Shown piece after piece: positions 12,819 to 25,955 of a stretch of 64,000 nt of DNA. The translations under genes and the position numbers were made by a program. The stretch covers positions 5,332,001 through 5,396,000 of the forward strand of contig CATNEN010000024.1 of NCBI GenBank assembly GCA_950097015.1, written 5' to 3'. Under the pieces are notes generated by a model. That model searched no databases and was not told the DNA's origin. It saw nothing but the letters and a program-made list of their open reading frames with translations. The stretch's first letter is position 1. Each line of letters opens with the position of its first letter. Source of the DNA: Macrostomum hystrix. Its lineage: Eukaryota > Animalia > Platyhelminthes.

Positions 12819-14900
12819 ATCCGTGATAGTTCCGAGCTGCTCTGCAATGCCTGACTAGTAAGGATGATTTTATTTTGGTTGCTGACAGCTGTTATAAGAG
12901 ATACGAGCTACACCTTGTGACGCATGTAGTCAATTGCGGTAAGGAGCACATGAAATGCCTGGCAATCTGCTTCGCATGCTAAATAGCTGTAAAAGGCTCT
13001 TACAATGTTTAGCTCCAACTGCAACCCCTATACAGTTTGACTATGTAGACTTAGTAGCAAACGCTTCAGCCGACGTATAGTTTCTCGTGTTTACTTTATC
13101 TCCTGTTCATTATAGTATCCACGGCCCTTCAGCCAGCAGTGATTTTTGTAATGACTGCCTGTCTGCCAGAACTGAATCCAACCAAACATACAGATTTAGT
13201 CAAGTAGTCAAGCTTGCCAATTGCCTAATAAAGTAGACCATTGCTTAGATGTTTAGCAAATTAAGCGTCACCTTATCTCCAGGCTTCCATCTGGCAAATG
13301 CAGGACAGTCCAAGCAAAGTCTAGATAATGCAGCTGCAACTGCTGATCATTTCAACTTTTGTTTAAGCCATTCTCGGTGTATGAGGCTGCATAATTTCGC
13401 GATCGAGCCCGCTGAACGATTGATGTCGCAGGAAGCTGGAAATTAGTTTGGCATTGCCAAGACTAACCTTGATTGAATCTTTAGCTATGAACTGCACAGA
13501 ATTAGCATCTGAAGCGATTCATTTCAAACTAAACTCCACAACACTCCATATAATATTTTAAAGTCCAACTAAACAAACCGTTTACCAACGAATCTAATCT
13601 GTGCGTGGCAATCTCGATGGCTACCGATGCTAAAATTGCTGTGTATTTTTGCTGTTCACTTTCAAATTCTCAAAATAACGATGAGCTAAATTACCTTTTA
13701 ATAGCAATACCTAAGCGTGACAATGTGCGGAATGACACAAGAATAAAGAAATTATCATCAATAGTATGTGTGTGAATTGTGACAAAAATGATCAAGCCAC
13801 AATGAGCGTGGTCTTATCTGCATCGATGGTCACCATCAGTATCTACTGAAAGGTATGTTAGCTAAAATAAGTTGAAACAAAACACATGGATATGGAGTCT
13901 GGGTAAATATTTAGCTAATGAAAGCGTGGGATTTCAGTGGTATTTTAAAACGTCTTAATTATACGATTTAGATTTATTTAGGACTTCAACAACAATCTTG
14001 ATGCTAGAGAATACGGAAAAATATGCATGCTATTAATTTTGTGGATAAAACTAGGCGAAAATTATTCAAAAAGTGTCCAGGTAAATCTGATTGGGAAAAC
14101 TCTTAAACAAAGCGTATAGTGCGGACGCAAAGCTGAGCGCATACTAATTTGAAAACAAATAGTTAGATTTGCTAGGATATGTCTTGAAAACATCAATTTC
14201 TACTCAGTCAATTCTAATGAATAATAATTCAAGATTGAATATAAAAGCTGTAAAAATCTTGATTATGTAAGCATTGCCAACAATTATTAGGTTGACAGTT
14301 CTAGGCTAGGATTTACACTCACAGACATTATCATTTGTAGTACATAAATGTAAAATTTATGGGTAATCTAGAGTGCAAAGCTACGAGTACACCACAACCA
14401 TGATAGGGTCATAGCACTGTTCGGATTTGAAATCAATAACTGCACATTTTGCATGTGTCTGTGGCAAATGTAGCCTTATCACCAACTCACTGCATGCAAA
14501 ACATCGGTGAGATCTTTGTGAAGAGGAAAAGGTCTGAAAAAGTGATCCTTTTTCGTTGGTTACGAGCGTAATAGACAACTTATTATTACCTTTCTTAAAT
14601 ATGCAGATAAAGTACGGAATCGCAGGTAGCAAAATAAATTGAGGAAAATTAGCGCCTTAAGAAGATACTCAACCTCGACTGACGGCACTCAACTAGTAGT
14701 AGCTTCAAAGACGAAATTCTTGAAGTAGATCCCTTAGCAATTATGTTCTTCGTAAACATCCATCCAATCATTAATTTTCCGAGCTGACAACACAAAATAA
14801 AAAAACTGATTTGTCAATGTTTTGTGAAAAAATATTTTGTCAATAAGAACAGGAACAAAGTTTAGCCATTGTCTTAACAAAATGAAATGTTCTGCTGAAC

Positions 14901-17900
14901 TCACGAATTGAGCGTGTCAAATATTTTCTGCAGCTGCTCAACAGCGGCCTCTGCTGTGGGCCTGTTGTCCGGAGAGCCGCTCCAGCAGCGGCTCATCAGG
15001 TCCCACAGCGAATCCGGCATGGCGGGCAGCCGCGTGGGACGGCAGTCCAGTGCACCAGCCAGCAGAATGGCGCCAACGCTCGGCATTATCTCGACGTACT
15101 CTGGATGTCGGCGGCCAGTGCCCTCACTGTAGGGGCGCAACGTGTCGGGTGACGACACGAAAAAAATCAATAAAGCAGAATCGCTGACCAAAAATAAAAG
15201 TATGCGATTTTTTGTCAGAAAGCTTTAACAGAAGAAAGACACGTTATTTTTCCCCTGGGGAAGACAACGGGGGAATTTGAAATACCCACTGCCTACTTCA
15301 CGATAGCTCCCAAACCGTATGACCGATTTTCATGAAAGCCCAACATCTTTATTACAATGTTTCACCCTTTACGATGGACTAACTTTCAAAGCCGTCCGAC
15401 ATCAGCATCGTCGAGATATTCAACGATTCTTGTCGGAGACCCTGGTGACAAGAACAACTGACATTTTTCTGTATAAAACTTTATGAAGAATCCATGTTTG
15501 TTCGAAAATGAAAAAAGTAACAAATTAATATAATCAATCCAAAAGTGCCCTGATCTTATATTAGTGCTTGTATAAATCACTCCATTCTTTTCAATTATCA
15601 ATAGAACAAGCACACAGACTTATCCAGTCTGCATCTCAAAAATGTTGCTGTCGATTTGAGTGTGTCTCAGCCTCGACTGCAGCTGATACAAAAGACTTGA
15701 AAAATAAACTAAGCAATGAAGATGCAACTTACAATAGGTACCAGAGAGCGATGCCAAGGCTAAACACGTCAGCACTGGTGGTATAGTTCTCGCCCCGGAC
15801 CATCTCTGGCGCCAAGTAGATGGGCGTACCAACCAAGGAGCGGTTAACGAAGCCAATGCTCTTGACGAGTCCAAAGTCGGAGAGCTTAACATGAGTCAGG
15901 TCTTCGCTTACCTAAAGCGAACAATGATTTTCTTAATCATAACTAAATGACAGAAAAAAGTTTTTTCACATTTTATATTTATTCGATTAAGCTACTCAGC
16001 TTAGAAGTGATTCTCACAAGAACATTGGCGAGCTTAATGTCCCGATGGATAAGGTCGCTTGCGTGCAGGAACTGGAGAGCCTTTGCGAGCTCCAAACCGA
16101 TCCTCAGACGTTGACGAACCGAGAGACTCTGCCGCTGCATCAGAGTCCATGCGTCACAGAACATCAGCTCCATGTACAAATCCACCGTCCAACGCTTCTC
16201 CTCAGGTCTGCTCTTATTGATTCTCACACCGACCACACGGACGAGATTCGGGTGCTCCAGAACGCTGAAACGTGTTTTTATGTCGCATTCCATATCATCA
16301 ATAGAAATTTCCAGTAAGAAATCAGGAATCTGTGTGCTGCTTATTCACCTGCTGTGGTAAACTTCGGTGGCAATGTCATCGAGGGTCGAATCGTCGGACA
16401 CGATTCTCTTGGCAGCGAGCGCAGGTTGGCCGTTCTCATCCAACACTCGAAAAACCTCGCCCTGAGCTCCAGATCCAAGATTGCTCTCCGTGTCGACACG
16501 GTGTCCACGATACTTGTAATTCGTGGTCACGTCCATTGTGAACATGCACAGTCGAGCAACCTTCGGATACAGAGTCTTGATTTCGTTTCGCTCCTTCTCA
16601 GTCATCTTCATGGACATTTCAACGAGTAGTTCGGACGAGCTAATGTTGTCGAGAAACTCAAAATGCTGCTTGTCGAACCAGTCCTTGAGCGAGTCTACCA
16701 GACACTCGACAAGCTTCTCCTTGTCAATTGAGTCTAAATAAATTTTCCCAAAATTTAGTTCCTCTTGTTAGTCAGCGAGGAAAGCATGGTATTAATAAAG
16801 TTTACTTAAAATGGAAAAAGAAAAAGTATTTTTATGTGTTTCAGTTCAGTTCTCATGGACAATTTTTTTACTTACCCAAATATAGTTTGGCTTGATACTC
16901 CTTCCACTTAAAGTCCTGAACTGGCGTTGACATCGAAAAAACTATACTTGGATTTTCTACGAGGTGCTTGAAGAAATGCTTAGTTCTAATGAACAGTATG
17001 AGAATTGGAGGAAGCATAAAATCCTGAGATGACAGTGCGGAGCCCTCGAGTAAGTTCTTCTTCAGCACCTGGTATGCAGGTGTCTGCTCCACATCATTCT
17101 CATACTCGACTACTTTCTGTTTGAGTTTTTCCAAGTCATGAAGGCATGCCTTCAGAGCACCGCATTTCAAGTATTCGCTGAATGTAGCAATGATTCGATC
17201 ATCGATCACATTGTGAATCTCGTCGACACACTTCTTCTGTATGTCACTCTGAGACATGTCGGCTTGAATGACGCTGTCTGAGTAGCTCACTGCTTTTACC
17301 TCGTCAAGTAGGAATTGCTTCTTCTCGGCAAAGAACTTTTTCACATGAGTTCGAAACTCACTTCGATGCCGCTCTACAATGGCCTTCGACTGCTCGTGAA
17401 CTTCTTGCTCCAACTTCTTGATCTGGAAGAGTGCATTCTTCTTACGTTGATTTGACTCTTTGATGTCGGTGGCCTTCTCCATGAACAATGTCAGGATCTG
17501 ACAGTGGACACCAGTCAGACCTGCACCAGCACTCACGATGAGATTCCTGAACTGATCCTGAGCGAACTTCAGGATTCTGATCTTTACTTCTTCGAACTGC
17601 TTGACCCACTTTGAGTTCTCCATCTCATTTAACTTTGGGTCATTCTTATTCTTTTTTATCATAAGCTCCTTCTTGCGTCGAAATCGCCTCATTTCCCAAC
17701 ATGAGACACAGAGAAACTTTTGACAGGTTTGTCTCGTGTCACTCTGGTCGATGTAACCTAGTCGCTGCAACTTTGAGAATACTCGCTCTGCTTTCTCCTC
17801 TTCAATCTCTTCGACGGGACGACCAGCTTCTATTTGAGTATCTTTTGAGACGTCCATTTTCGTGACTAGGTAGAACACTTCAGCTACTGTCTTTTTTATG

Positions 17901-20087
17901 GTTGTCAAATCCTTCTGAACCTGTTGCATGAAGAATGTGTCGAATTTAGTCGACAGTTTTGGATTTCTCTGGTAGTACGGATAAGCTCGTAATTGGAATT
18001 CAAGTGTAATTCGAGAATTTTGACTCACCGCGACCGTTACTCCGGCGTTTGAGTCGATGACGTAGATGATGATCGGCAAGAACGAGTCAATCGCTCCTAG
18101 CGTCAGCGAGTCCAGTGACGAGTTCTCATTCAGTCCGGGCGAGTCGATGATGTCGATGCCGTGTCGCAGGAACTCACTCTTGATGCCGGCCTCGACCGTC
18201 GAGCTGATGAGCTGCTCGTTCTCCCGATCCTCGTCCCCCAGTTTCACCAGGTCCTCGTTGATTGGCGGTTTCTCGATGTACTGGACATCTCCGATCTGCT
18301 CTCCCGTCTTTGATCGCACGAGCACGTAGATTCGATCGGAGTAGGTGAGCCGAGTGACTCGAGCAGTGCATGGAGACTGCGACTGGGCCACGAAGGTGCC
18401 ACCTTAATATGAATGGGTTTTTTATATGATGGTGGATTTTGCTTTTGCACAAAGCTATCATGCAACAACGTGTCTGAAAGTGACACTTTTTTCGTTTCAT
18501 TTGTGCTTCACAAAATTGACTATTAGTTTATTGTTCCATTTGCTTTTTTGGACTGAGAATAATAAACATTTTTTGGGATTAAATTCAACAGTGCTTTTTT
18601 AGCGCTTTGTTGTTGCACGTTGCGAGTACATATCTGTCTTACTCTCACATTAGTTTGACAACAAATAAAATAGAATACTTAATCCCCTCTGACTCTCAGG
18701 GCCGCAATGGGGACTGGCACCTTTGATTTTTCGTGTTTTGTCAGACGTTGGTGGGTCCACCCATAGACTATCGTACAGTCTGTTTTAAGCTGAAGGCCCA
18801 AAGATACATAGTAAAAGCCGTATACATGTAGGACGCTTGTAAATTAAAAGTACAAACAAATAGAAATTCGATTAACCAAGCACACTAAAGCATATTCAAA
18901 TCATTCTAGAAATAAAAAACTATAGAAACACTTTAGCGTTGCGTATAGTCCGGCAATTTTCTGTAGTAACTCATACTTTGTCTATGGTCTGGTTTCATAA
19001 ATCGTGGCTCAAGAAGGAGCCATTTATCGGGCCTGACATCGGACATCTCCGATCTGCTCTCCCGTCTTTGAACGCACGAGCACGTAGATTCGATCGGAGT
19101 AGGTGAGCCGAGTGACTCGAGCAGTGCATGGAGACTGCGACTGGGCCACGAAGGTGCCACCTTTACATTATAGTGTCTCTTGTTTTATTGATTTCGTAGT
19201 TTTTTATATAGACTGTTATGTCTACAACAGTTCTGGTGGTTCTCAGTTTATTATTCAGACCAAATCTATCTATCTCTCTATCTATCTATCTTCCTATCTG
19301 CCTATCAATCATTTTTTGCGCATGCTTTAAAGGTACTGCTTTTGTATATTTAGCGAATTGTTAGATTAAGTTAAATATTATACGAATATAAATATAGCAA
19401 CAATAGTAAGGTACAATAACAATGCATTGACGGTAGAAAAGATGCGAAAAACGCGCATATTTTTGCCATACTGTGATATTGTTTGGAATATAAAAAACAC
19501 AGTTCTTTACTCTTTCTAGGGCTGCTGCAGTCTCGCAATCTTTGTTAAGTTTTCTATGTACTTTTCTAGCTTTCCTGTTACCTCTGTAATTTCATGCACC
19601 ATTAAAAATGGCTTTGTCTTCTGCTGTGAGACAATCAATATCTACTCGTAAATATACATTTACGAGATAATGCATCTCGTAATATAAGTAAGTTTTCTCT
19701 GGTATGAAACTTCATACTACTAAATAAACGCTTTCAGGGCCAAGTACTTATAAAATGGCCTGCAGGCAGCTCACCAAGAAGTTCATTGATGAAGGAGCTC
19801 TTGCCAGATTTTGTTTGGCCAACGATGATAATGCATGGCTTGCTGTTATCACTAGATCCCGTTTTGTTGCCACGGTAGAGCTGATCTACTTTCTGAGAAA
19901 CTGTTTCTAGTTTAAGTTCTTTTCGCAGGGATGCTGAAAAATCTGGGGACAATGTGCGTGCGAAATCAACATCAAGGAGATTCTGTGTTTCAGTCGTACG
20001 CTCCTTGATGCGGTCGCGGCTGCTTCGAAATTCAACGATGGCCTGATCGAGAAAGCCAGTCGTCTGTCCGAGGTCCTCGGCGGCCAT
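14901..20087 (-). CDS. DSTYK: DSTYK-like copy B: dynamin-like GTPase fused to a catalytically intact kinase, 922 aa, 7 exons
   Basis: Exons 20087-19775, 18402-18029, 17920-16876, 16733-16349, 16264-16018, 15911-15733, 15126-14901 total 2769 nt. GTPase: GQTKSGKS, DSPG, TKMD. Kinase: LGSGAQGEV, LAAK, alphaC ATEVYH, HRDIKLAN, SDFG, GTPIYLAPE. Exon 6 is not in the supplied ORF track and was translated by hand. Confidence 0.88.
15252..15560. repeat. Dispersed non-autonomous DNA-transposon-like repeat in intron 6 of copy B; homologous to 20933-21200
   Basis: cccctggggaagacaacgggggaatttgaaatacccactgcctacttcacgatagctcccaaaccg...aagccgtccga...cagcatcgtcgag recurs at 20936-21105. Confidence 0.6.
19041..19160 (-). 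pseudogene. Orphan duplicate of the 5' 120 nt of GTPase exon 2, inside intron 1 of copy B
   Basis: Near-identical to 18283-18402 (one synonymous change, CGT/CGA). It has its own AG acceptor at 19162-19161 and is joined at ~19035 to intron sequence shared with copy A. Confidence 0.85.
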
Positions 20088-20606
20088 GTCTGCTCTGCAG
20101 ATTGCTATTGTCGACTTGCTTTTCTTCGCCTCTGGGCTAGTGGAGGCTAGGGACTGAAACTGCCGAGAGCCAAAAGCAAGCTGGTGCAGGCTTTGAAGTT
20201 GTGCCTTTTGTACGCAGCCAAAGGTCCGGCTCTAATGTACATTTAACAAATGCCTGCCTGCACGCAGGGGTGTTGCTCTCCTGTTAAACTCTCTGTCCCC
20301 AAAATGCTTTGCTGCGTGCGCGCTCTGTCTCACTAAACTTCGCATAAAAATAAAGAAGCGTAGCTTGTGCAGTCTATCTATCTTTTTGCCTTCCATCATT
20401 CTATCCGTCTGCAGATCCGTCTGTCTAACTAAGCCTTGGATGCCATAGTATTTGTTATGCTTGTTATATCAAAGATGTGCTTTGCTTTGCATTGAGAGCA
20501 TTGCTCCTAAATATCTTTCGGGTACAGTTTTTAACAGCTAAAAGGCTCAAATGACTAGTCCGCTACCCGCCTGCTAGTAAATTGCTGCGAGTTGTTAACC
20601 ATAGAA

Positions 20607-20920
20607 CAGAGGTTGTAGCCTAGTGGTTAGGGCGTCGGACTAACGACTTGAAGGTCGGGGGTTCGATTCCCGACTCCACTGAAACCATTTGTGTCCTTTA
20701 GCAAGACACTTAACTCTGCATTGCTTCAGTTCACCCAGCTGTTAAATGGGTACCAGCATCAGCTGGGATAATTGAAGGTGGGTGTGGCGTCCCCCCAGTC
20801 CATGGACTGAACAGCTGCAGTACGTAGCCTTCAGATGCGCCGCGCAATAGCTGCGGCTGTGCTGTCGGCTGCACATCTGGCCCAATTGGGGCAGGTGTAA
20901 TCAATTATTATTATTAATTA
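20607..20920 (+). mobile_element. tRNA-derived SINE family 1, full length, 12-bp TSD
   Basis: A box TAGCCTAGTGG, B box GGTTCGATTCCC, central GTGTCCTTTAGCAAGACACTTAAC box, (att)n tail; TSD ttaaccatagaa at 20595-20606 and 20921-20932. Confidence 0.9.
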
Positions 20921-20932
20921 TTAACCATAGAA

Positions 20933-21365
20933 AGACCCCTGGGGAAAGACAGCGGAGGTATTTCAAATACCCAGTGCCTACTTCACGATTGCTCCCAAAC
21001 CGAATGACCGATTTTCATGAAGTCCATCAGCTGGATCAAACTTTTTCATCCATTTATTGTTCCATTAACTGAACATTCAAAGCCGTCCGAGCCAGCATCG
21101 TCGAGTGAAGTCAGAGCCAGTGAGCCGGCATCACTAGCAATTAACATTGCTTGTATAAACCTCTTTGGTGAAAACCATTTTGGTTCAAAGGTGTATAAAT
21201 AAAATATATCATTAGAGCAATAAATTCAACTATAATTGCGGCATGATTACATGATAAAATTTTGTGAGCAGAAAATTTATGTTTAGACATTGGTTGGATA
21301 TTTTCGGAGGGACAGAAAAATATGGGTATTTGAAATACCCGTTGTCATTCTACTGTTAAGGGTTA
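20933..21365. mobile_element. Degenerate non-autonomous DNA transposon with imperfect inverted ends; right end AGGG|TTAA is piggyBac-like
   Basis: The palindrome GGTATTT(C/G)AAATACC occurs near both ends (~20957 and ~21325); the right end reads ttaagggttaa; a second copy lies at 15252. Confidence 0.45.
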
Positions 21366-22248
21366 AATCTGTTCTGGCGGAACTGTAACGTTATTAAAAG
21401 GATATTAAAATACAGGTACTAATGTGTCTTACACTATTCAACGATGGAAAGCTCGCCGGAAGGACTTAATAAGGCTTGACTGCTGTATTTTCTAGATCTC
21501 GCAGACTGACACATTGTCATCGGGTCGAGTATAAGGCGATCGCTTTAAAAACTTCTCGATTTCACAGCGTCGAAACCATGCAGAAATTTTCATAGGCCCG
21601 AAAGGGAATCACAGCATAAGGATTGTATGAGCGCGTACCTTGAGAAGTTATGAAATATGTTAATCGACCCAAAAAGAAACTAGAGGGACCCTGATATGAC
21701 AATGCGATGTGACATTCGGGTTTTTCGTGACAAGTAAACTTAAGATAGCGCTCTTTTGGGATGGCGACGATGCTTACAGGGATACTTATTAGTGAGGCAT
21801 ATTTGCAACGCACCGGAGAGGTGCATGTGCCCTCGAGCAATTCATAATTTCTGACAAAATAAATTTATTAATGTCTTTTCCCTTAAAAATGCAAGGTTTG
21901 GTGGACTAACTGTTCAAGCATGAGCTTGATTTTTTAATGAGAATCTTAGCCATTGTCCCAGGGGCGATTCTTTCCTATCAAAAGCGCTTTTATTAAAGCT
22001 TCCAGTGTGGCATTTATTACTAGAAACAGTTTCTCGTTGCGGTTCAAAATAATTGCTGTCCCGCTGTTGGCGAAGCGATTCACAATTGGCCTCTTCCGGA
22101 GTCCCGCGCTACGCCACCCCAGTTTGAGACAAAGCAGTGCGCGGCCGTCTCTTCCGAAGGCAATCAGTCAGTCTCATGCCTGCCAACACTCTTCCCTCTA
22201 CAATTTTCTCTGAGTCAGCCATCGGTAGCCTGCTGTTCGATTGTCGAC

Positions 22249-22980
22249 TGTTAGATGGGTGCGATATGGTCGGCCCCGAAACCGGCAGAGATGGAGGGAG
22301 AGGAAAGAATGGAAACTTTCCCACCCTGGTTCGGGTTAGCTAGCGGATGTCTGCCATTGCCGGCACTAATTAGCATAATTATTCCACTAATCGTTCGGCC
22401 ATTTAGCGCCCAAGAGAGAAACATAAGCGGGCTGGTCAGAAGGAGAGAACGAGCTCCAAGCTGCGTTTGCGAGAACAGGACGGAGGACAGCGAGATTGTG
22501 AGGCCAGAGAGAGAAAGCGACCGATTCTGGAGATAGGCTGCCGATCGGGATGCGATCGCTTCCGCTCTAGGAGGGTGGTCGGAACGGGAAGGGAGCGAAA
22601 GCAGTTATCGGCAACATGTGGCCCTAGTCCCCCCGCACACACAGCTGGGATTAAACCCCCGCCGCATGTGGCCGGATAGATAGGAGTCGGGAAAGCTCGC
22701 AGTTCAACTAGCTCTGGGCCCACAGGGGTGGGAGATGACGAGCAGCTCAGAGGCTATAAAAGATGGCGGAGTCGGGACCCCAGTCAAACCCACTCGTCAG
22801 TGTTTGCCTAACATTGAGTAGCTTCAACACCGTAGCTCAGCTGTTCCTCCACAGCATGCTGTAAGTTCCATTGTGCGTACCAAATCTTGGCCGACTTCGC
22901 GGTCAAAATAAATTAGCAGTGGCTGCCCTTGATATGTCAAGTTTTTCTGTTCGGCCGTTTTAAAACTGCCGCTTTAACCA
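22249..22980 (+). mobile_element. Possible solo LTR-like sequence
   Basis: GC-rich block beginning TGT, with ctataaaag (~22754) followed by aataaa (~22909), ending near ttaacca. No matching TSD was found, so the boundaries are uncertain. Confidence 0.3.
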
Positions 22981-23189
22981 GGGAAAACACTGGGCGCAAT
23001 TGCCTCTAAGGACATGCGACCTGAGTAGCTAATCCCTGTTCTGAGCATTCTGTACCAGAGAATCTTGGCACATCATACTGCAGCCATTTGAATCTGCAAC
23101 TTAATATCAGTAACAACCTCCTTTGATAAATCGTAGCTACAGCAACCGTCTTTGATATATTGTAGCTACAGAAATCAATATTCGTTGAA

Positions 23190-23883
23190 ATCACTAGCAA
23201 TCATCCTTGATTTCACTAGCAATCATCCTTGATTTCACTAGCAATCATCCTTGATTTCACTAGCAATCCCTCTTGATTTCAGTAGCATTCCCTCTTGATT
23301 TCACTAGCATTCCCTCTTGATTTCACTAGCATTCCTTCTTGATTTCACTAGCAATCCCTCTTGATTTGACTAGCAATCCCTCTTGATTTCACTAGCAATC
23401 CCTCTTGATTTGACTAGCAATCCCTCTTGATTTCACTAGCATTCCCTCTTGATTTCACTAGCAATCATCCTTGATTTCACTAGCATTCCTTCTTGATTTC
23501 ACTAGCAATCATCCTTGATTTCACTAGCAATCATCCTTGATCTCGCTAGCAATCATCCTTGATTTCACTAGCAATCATCCTTGATCTCGCTAGCAATCAT
23601 CCTTGATTTCACTAGCAATCCCTCTTGATTTGACTAGCAATCCCTCTTGATTTGACTAGCATTCCCTCTTGATCTCGCTAGCATTCCTTCTTGATTTCAC
23701 TAGCAATCCCTCTTGATCTCGCTAGCATTCCTTCTTGATTTCACTAGCAATCATCCTTGATTTCACTAGCAATCATCCTTGATTTCACTAGCAATCCCTC
23801 TTGATTTCACTAACATTCCCTCTTGATTTCACTAGCATTCCCTCTTGATCTCGCTAGCATTCCTTCTTGATTTCACTAGCAAT
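23190..23883. repeat. 22-bp tandem minisatellite, ~31 copies
   Basis: Unit cactagcaatcatccttgattt, with variants cactagcattccctcttgattt and ctcgctagc; unit starts at 23192 and 23214. Confidence 0.95.
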
Positions 23884-24452
23884 CTTATTCCTCACTACCC
23901 AGAAACCAATGCTTCTGTAGATGGTTCATTATTGTTGAAGCTCGGAAAAGTTGCTATAGCTTTCTAAACCAATTGTAACTTAAGCCGTCCATTGACACAG
24001 AATTAACCGCACATAATTAATAGTGAAAATTGTGTCTACTTCGCTGCATTGACGCTTTCCTGAAATATTTTTTGGATAATTTTTTAATTAAAAAAAATAT
24101 ATAAATTTGTTGGCTTAAAAAGCTATGCTGTACGAGTATCTAAAAATGTTTGTCGTTGAGTTTTCTTTCCAAATACTACTGCTAAAGTAGTAGGATTAAA
24201 AACTTGGTGCTTTTGGGTAAGTACTGAAAGGGTTGTTGAATAGAGGGAATAGAGAGTAAAACGAAGTGTTAAAGGCCTAATGCCTTCAAATTTTGTTAAA
24301 GACTGAGTGCTGACATGGATGTTGAAGGGGTGTTCAAAGAAGTGTTAAAGAGCGAGTGTTCAATGGGGGCGCATGCGCTTGTAGTAATACCAATATTAAT
24401 ATTTGCAGGAGGGCTGTGGGCAATGGTATTACACCATTTGGTGACAGTTAAC

Positions 24453-25955
24453 CAGGGTTCGGAAAACTTACTCGTATTAGCTGGCAGGCCAAAGAGAGAA
24501 TAGAAAAAACGACAGCGGGCCGCTTTGACTATAGAAATATGATATAAGGGAGAGATGAGACACAGGAGAGATGGGACACGGGAGAGATGAGACACGGGAG
24601 AGATGACACACGGGAGAGTTGAGACACGGGAGAGAAGACACACGGGAGAGATGACACACGGGAGAGATGACACACGGGAGAGATGACACACGGGAGAGAT
24701 GACACACGGGAGAGATGACACACGGGAGAGATGACACACGGGAGAGATGACACACGGGAGAGATGACACACGGGAGAGATGACACACGGGAGAGATGACA
24801 CACGGGAGAGATGACACACGGGAGAGATGACACACGGGAGAGATGACACACGGGAGAAATGACACACGGGAGAGATGACACACGGGAGAGATGACACATG
24901 GGAGAGATGACACGGGAGAGTTGAGACAGAGATAGCGGGAGAGACGAGAAAGGGGAGAGATGAGACACTGGAGAGTTGAGACACAGAAGAGTTGAGACAC
25001 AGAAGAATTGAGACAGATATAACGCGAGAGACGAGACACGGGAGAGACGAGACACGGGAGAGACGAGACACGGGAGAGACGAGACACGGGAGAGACGAGA
25101 CACGGGAGAGATGACACACGGGAGAGATGAGACACGGGAGAGTTGAGACAGAGATAGCGGGAGAGACGAGAAAGGGGAGAGATGAGACATGAGAGAGACG
25201 AGACACGGGAGAGATGACACACGGGAGAGATGACACACGGGAGAGATGACACACGGGAGAGATGACACACGGGAGAGATGACACACGGGAGAGATGACAC
25301 ACGGGAGAGATGACACACGGGAGAAATGACACACGGGAGAGATGACACACGGGAGAGATGACACACGGGAGAGATGACACACGGGAGAGATGACACACGG
25401 GAGAGATGACACACGGGAGAAATGACACACGGGAGAGATGACACACGGGAGAGATGACACACGGGAGAGATGACACACGGGAGAGATGACACACGGGAGA
25501 GATGACACACGGGAGAGATGACACACGGGAGAGATGACACATGGGAGAGATGACACGGGAGAGTTGAGACAGAGATAGCGGGAGAGACGAGAAAGGGGAG
25601 AGATGAGACATGAGAGAGATGAGACACTGGAGAGTTGAGACACAGAAGAGTTGAGACACAGAAGAATTGAGACAGATATAACGCGAGAGACGAGACACGG
25701 GAGAGACGAGACACGGGAGAGACGAGACACGGGAGAGACGAGACACGGGAGAGACGAGACACGGGAGAGTTGAGACAGAGATAGCGGGAGAGACGAGAAA
25801 GGGGAGAGATGAGACATGAGAGAGACGAGACACGGGAGAGACGAGACACGGGAGAGATGAGACAGGATACTATAGGTGTTGGAAGGGGCAACGGGCCGGA
25901 TTTGGGAGCTTCGTGGGCCGCATCTGGCCCGCGGGCCGGAGTTTGCCGACCCCTG
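24453..25955. mobile_element. Non-autonomous hAT element (Charlie-like termini) carrying a 16-bp minisatellite
   Basis: TIRs CAGGGTTCGGAAAAC (24453) and gtttgccgacccctg (25941-25955, reverse complement CAGGGGTCGGCAAAC), 13/15 match; 8-bp TSD cagttaac / cagtagac. Confidence 0.8.
24548..25864. repeat. 16-bp purine-rich minisatellite (ggagagatgacacacg)n with a ~640-bp higher-order duplication
   Basis: Read directly; the same block of variant units occurs at ~24890-25200 and ~25530-25860. Confidence 0.95.

Noticed and set aside
20607-20680. tRNA gene candidates here and at 32270-32331, 32700, 33880-33990, 39541 and 40530
   Set aside because: The A and B boxes are followed by a shared ~250-bp body, an (att)n tail and TSDs; these are SINE heads without a proper acceptor stem.
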